DNA of 36,843 nucleotides from an uncultured Bacteroidales bacterium (GTDB lineage Bacteria > Bacteroidota > Bacteroidia > Bacteroidales > UBA12077): positions 1 to 36,843 of the forward strand of contig CAYFRV010000003.1 of the NCBI GenBank assembly GCA_964345495.1. The letters run 5' to 3'. Both the position numbers and the translations under genes were made by a program. Under the pieces are notes generated by a model. The model ran no database searches. It saw only the letters and a program-made list of their open reading frames with translations, and was not told where the DNA came from. Below are positions 33,901 through 36,843 of this stretch, one piece after another (positions within the stretch are counted from its first letter, which is position 1; the number at the start of each line of letters is the position of its first letter).

Positions 33901-35354
33901 AAATCAATTCCACCGCTAAAATTAAAATTCACATTCGGGTCTTCAACTGTTAAGGCACCATCGTACTTTCTTTCTGTAAGTAACCCGTGAAGTTCAATAT
34001 TTTGATAGTTGTATCCATTAATTTCCAGCTTTTTGATCACTCCATCAGTATTCGCAGTGAATCCTTGATTTCTCACCCCGGTGCCATTGATCTGAACATC
34101 CATACTTAAATCACCAAAATTTTCAGTGTTATTGATAAGTCCCCCAAGATCGAAGTTTTTTGTTTTTATATTTCCATTAATGTTAACTCGTTTGTTTTTT
34201 TGGGGTTTGATTGAAATGTCTGTGGAAATTTCACCCATTTCAGTCTTCAAATTTCCATAAGCCACAAAATCATCAAAAAAACCGGTGAAATTACCGCTAT
34301 AACTTACAAGCCCCAGGTTACTCAGGTTATCCGGCACACTTATAGCCTTTGAATTAGGTAGAAGCGAATTCAAAACTCCTAAATCATTCACCCCGGTGCG
34401 AAAACGTTCGATATCTACATACAGGTAGGTTTCAGAAAATTTCGGTAATCCATCTGTATTGAAGCTTGTTTGAATTTCAGTATGATTACCCATAGCTGCA
34501 TAAATATTGTTACCTCTCAGGCTGTTTACTGAACCTCTAATTGTTCCTGAAAAAACAAAATTCTTATTGGGAATACCATGAAATGGTTGCGCGAAATAAG
34601 CCAGGTCATGAAATCCAAGGTTTGATCTCTGAATAGCAACATTTAATCTGACCTTTTTAGTAAAATCGTCAAAGTGCTCATAACCACCATGATTCAATAT
34701 AACAGAATCAGCATTAATAAAAGAGTATGGAGTACGGATAACCAGATTCCGGAATCCTCCCTTTTCCTGATGGATAAACATTTCAGTGTCCATATCCAAC
34801 AATCTGAAGCCGCTTTTATCCTGAAAAGATATTTCAGAAAGATTGAAGTTAATCTTTCCACTGTCTGCATCAAAATTTTCTACATGAACGTTAAAACTAT
34901 CCAGCTTTATTCTGTTAAAATCTAATCCATAATGTTTTTGGGCTGGTTGATTTGAGGTAAAATTAAATTGTGAATCCTTAATTTTAATATCCCCAAATTT
35001 TATATGCATTCTGGCTTTAGTTGTATCTTTTCGTTTCAGTGCTTCCACTAAAAATTTAATATTGATGTTTTTGGAAGTATCGTTACGTAAATGTATTCGG
35101 GCATTTTCAAGCTCCAGATTTTTAAAGAACAATTCTCTGTCTCTCAAATTAAATAATCGTAAATGTCCGGTAGCTTTTTTTGAAGTAAGCAAACTATCTC
35201 CTTCCTGATCTTCAATATAAATTCCGTTTAAAGTCAGCTTGTTAAACAACTTATAATCAACAGTTTCAACCTTAAATTTTGTATCCAGGTCACGCGAAAA
35301 GATAGCTGTTAGCTTATCCGCCAGGTAATTTTGCACATTGGGATTTTTGAGCAA
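30993..35354 (-). CDS. tamB: Translocation and assembly module protein TamB (DUF490 family)
   Basis: More than 1450 aa of Asn/Ser/Thr-rich repetitive beta sequence with a DUF490-like C-terminus. The frame stays open to 35444 and encodes the expected N-terminal TM anchor upstream of the listed TTG (see finding). Confidence 0.8.
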   Translation of the reverse strand: MLKNPNVQNYLADKLTAIFSRDLDTKFKVETVDYKLFNKLTLNGIYIEDQEGDSLLTSKKATGHLRLFNLRDRELFFKNLELENARIHLRNDTSKNINIKFLVEALKRKDTTKARMHIKFGDIKIKDSQFNFTSNQPAQKHYGLDFNRIKLDSFNVHVENFDADSGKINFNLSEISFQDKSGFRLLDMDTEMFIHQEKGGFRNLVIRTPYSFINADSVILNHGGYEHFDDFTKKVRLNVAIQRSNLGFHDLAYFAQPFHGIPNKNFVFSGTIRGSVNSLRGNNIYAAMGNHTEIQTSFNTDGLPKFSETYLYVDIERFRTGVNDLGVLNSLLPNSKAISVPDNLSNLGLVSYSGNFTGFFDDFVAYGNLKTEMGEISTDISIKPQKNKRVNINGNIKTKNFDLGGLINNTENFGDLSMDVQINGTGVRNQGFTANTDGVIKKLEINGYNYQNIELHGLLTERKYDGALTVEDPNVNFNFSGGIDFSEEIPVFDFNAKVKEAKLNALNFVENDTTAFISAKLVSNFKGNSIDNASGEIHLTEGLLIKDNKKLKLDDFKINATHTEDTQKIFLNSDYIDGALVGKYQSSSVYQSLKNLFYSYLPVMIKDADDTSDVKIKNNFKLNVDLKNINPITQLFIPKLGVAKNSELTLEYDGSKKDFLLEAKMDTFKYSNYLLNNFHLTSASQDTLFSLITTFDKLFPIGDKQVAYFENFKLKSITGDNTSKLMVDWKDPATYQLKGEMLALINFDRSPETQNIHSKIHVLPGKVRLNEEIWNLERSSINIDSSSIQFNNLKFHHNKQRMVIDGRISKNPDDLLTIGLQDIDLDYTNIFLPGGKFDLDGLAEGQAEVRDLYGNPVFQSNLTIDTLQMNGQTIGNTTIESRWESKTKDVLINLKSKRGKLKTLDVKGIYTPEMQQLDFDIAMDKLRMNILNPILQNSLSDVKGALSGNLKLDGSTKEPLLNGKLTMQKSALTVDYLQTRYFITHQLDVQNNKLIFNQVNVYDSKGNQAVLDGDIDLHKFKNVSYDLRIDAEKFRGLNTNSFHNSIYYGDGYVSGLLNIQGNTSANILGIDASLTTSENTIINLPINSTKEQRKTKFVTFTSKDGEKISDEADGYNVDLSGIDMNFDLDITPQAETRLIFNPELGDMIKANGRGSLNMEVNQTGNFRIFGEYIIEEGDYMFSLKNVINKKFEIQQGSRIVWNGNPQDADIDVTAVYNLRTSLDNLFLDTTSTYQKRIPVECKVNLREKLNNPEISFEIDLPTADESTKARLNSVLTSEEEMNKQFLSLLVLNTFMPAEQYLAGQTDPNELGATGMAFTTSELLSNQLSHWLSQISNNWDIGVNYQPGDDISRDQMEVALSTQLLNDRLIINGNVASGGRYAQASEIVGDVRIDWKLTQSGKLRLKFFNRNSDRLLYEETRYIQGAGLYYREDFNSFGELFRDITKKKKRKETN

Positions 35355-35508
35355 AAAATAACTTGTTGTACTCAGGCTTATAATAACCAGCAGTAAAATG
35401 AGTAATATTTTATATAATTTTTTAATAGTTTTGCCCTTTCTATACTATAGAATAATAACGCAAATTAACAAAAAATAGTTTTATTAGAGAACATAAACCA
35501 TACCATTA

Positions 35509-36531
35509 ATGAGTATAACAATATTAGGAATAGAATCTTCTTGTGATGACACATCTGCCGCTATTATAAAAGATGGTTATCTTTTCTCAAATATCATCTC
35601 GGGTCAAAAAGTACATAAAAATTATGGGGGAGTAGTTCCAGAGCTTGCATCGCGTGCACATCAGCAGCACATTGTACCTGTGGTAGATCAAGCATTTGAA
35701 GAATCCGGAATAAACAAAAAAAATGTTGATGCAGTAGCTTTCACACAAGGACCGGGCTTGCTCGGATCGCTGATGGTCGGTTCTTCCTTTGCAAAAGCCT
35801 TTGCCGTAGCCAGGGACATACCAATTATTGGCGTAAATCATCTGCAGGCCCATATTCTGGCCCATTTTATTCGCGATCCAAATAAATCAGAAGAAGAAAT
35901 TCCGGAATTTCCCTTTCTATGCCTGTTAGTTAGCGGCGGACATACTCAATTAGTAAAAGTCAACAGTTATTTTGATATGGAAATCATTGGCCAGACAATT
36001 GATGACGCAGCAGGAGAAGCCTTCGATAAAACAGGTAAAATCTTAGGATTACCCTATCCTGCAGGACCCATTATTGACAAACATGCAAAGCAAGGGAATC
36101 CATATGCTTTTAAATTCACCAAACCAAAAATTGAAGCTTTGAATTATAGTTTTAGCGGGCTGAAAACTGCAATACTCTATTTTCTGAGAGATAAGGTAAA
36201 ACAAGATCCTGATTTTATCAAAAACAATTTCAATGATCTTTGTGCTTCAATCCAGGATACAATTGTTCAGATACTAATGGAAAAGCTCATATTAGCTGCC
36301 GATCAAACAGGGATTAAAGAAGTTGCCATTGCCGGAGGTGTTTCTGCTAACTCAGAGATGAAGAAAAAATTACAGCAAGAAGCTGACCAACACAACTGGA
36401 AAATCCATATTCCTCAGCTTCAATACACCATGGACAATGCAGGGATGATTGCGATTACAGGATATTACAAATATCAATACCAAAGCTTTGACTCATTAAA
36501 TGTTGTACCCGAAGCACGATTAAAATATTGA
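35509..36531 (+). CDS. tsaD: tRNA N6-adenosine threonylcarbamoyltransferase TsaD
   Basis: 340 aa ORF with ILGIESSCDDTSAAI, VNHLQAHILA (metal-binding HxxxH), LLVSGGHTQL and AIAGGVSAN. These motifs are diagnostic of Kae1/TsaD. Confidence 0.95.
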   Translation: MSITILGIESSCDDTSAAIIKDGYLFSNIISGQKVHKNYGGVVPELASRAHQQHIVPVVDQAFEESGINKKNVDAVAFTQGPGLLGSLMVGSSFAKAFAVARDIPIIGVNHLQAHILAHFIRDPNKSEEEIPEFPFLCLLVSGGHTQLVKVNSYFDMEIIGQTIDDAAGEAFDKTGKILGLPYPAGPIIDKHAKQGNPYAFKFTKPKIEALNYSFSGLKTAILYFLRDKVKQDPDFIKNNFNDLCASIQDTIVQILMEKLILAADQTGIKEVAIAGGVSANSEMKKKLQQEADQHNWKIHIPQLQYTMDNAGMIAITGYYKYQYQSFDSLNVVPEARLKY

Positions 36532-36574
36532 TTCTTTTCTCATTGTTGCTCAGTCTAATCAATGCTTATTTGTT

Positions 36575-36810
36575 TTTGGCTATTGGATTTTAGCCTTTGG
36601 CTGTTAGATTTTGATTTTTCGGCGAAAAATTGGTTTTCAACGCATCTTATAATCTTCTTAATGCTCAATCTGATGGTAACAAACGATTTTTGTTTATTTT
36701 CTAAGAGAAACGCAGGAACAAAAAACTACATGCCTAAATCCTGCATAAAAAGCGATTATATGAAGCTTATGTAACTATGTTCGAAAACATTGCTTTGATT
36801 CCTGAACCAT
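36575..36810 (-). repeat. Possible degenerate copy E of the intergenic repeat family
   Basis: CTCAATCTGATGGTAACAAACGATT compares with copy D ATCATCTGATTGGTCAAATACGAAT. CTACATGCCTAAAT compares with TTACATGCCGAATA. GGCTATTGG/GGCTGTTAG micro-repeats resemble those in copy A, and the end is TTCCTGAAC-like. Similarity is patchy. Confidence 0.35.
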
Positions 36811-36843
36811 AACAAAAATCATTTGTCATTCAATCCTGAAACG

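Noticed and set aside
1-36843. Prophage, integrative element, toxin-antitoxin or defence-system genes
   Set aside because: No integrase, transposase, recombinase, nuclease/ATPase defence-type or phage structural ORFs were recognisable among the ORFs of 60 aa or more. The only mobile-like signal is the non-autonomous repeat family.

Overview
AT-rich, Bacteroidota-type chromosomal segment (PorV-like barrel, TamB, TonB/ExbBD, TAnnTTTG-type promoter boxes, little Shine-Dalgarno signal). Both ends carry ordinary housekeeping genes: glutaminyl cyclase, pssA, purS and DAHP synthase/chorismate mutase on the left, and tonB-exbD-exbB, tamB and tsaD on the right. The centre (6761-28698) is a ~22 kb block of 17 tightly packed minus-strand genes, many with overlapping stop/start codons. 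It combines two complete three-subunit xanthine-dehydrogenase-family molybdenum hydroxylases with clear homologues of E. coli SsnA, YgfK, YgeY and YgeW. It also holds an allantoinase-like cyclic amidohydrolase, MocA, XdhC, a DUF364 protein, an 8-oxoguanine-deaminase-like amidohydrolase and two unusual fold-type-II PLP enzymes. I read this as a Bacteroidota variant of the selenium-linked molybdenum hydroxylase / anaerobic purine-urate catabolism neighbourhood with several swapped or uncharacterised components. The second notable signal is a family of intergenic repeat elements, at least four clear copies plus one degenerate copy. They have inverted ends, internal micro-tandem arrays and a conserved tiny Cys/Leu-rich ORF, and two same-orientation copies bracket the catabolic cluster. 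I recognised no rRNA, tRNA, CRISPR array, transposase, integrase or defence genes.
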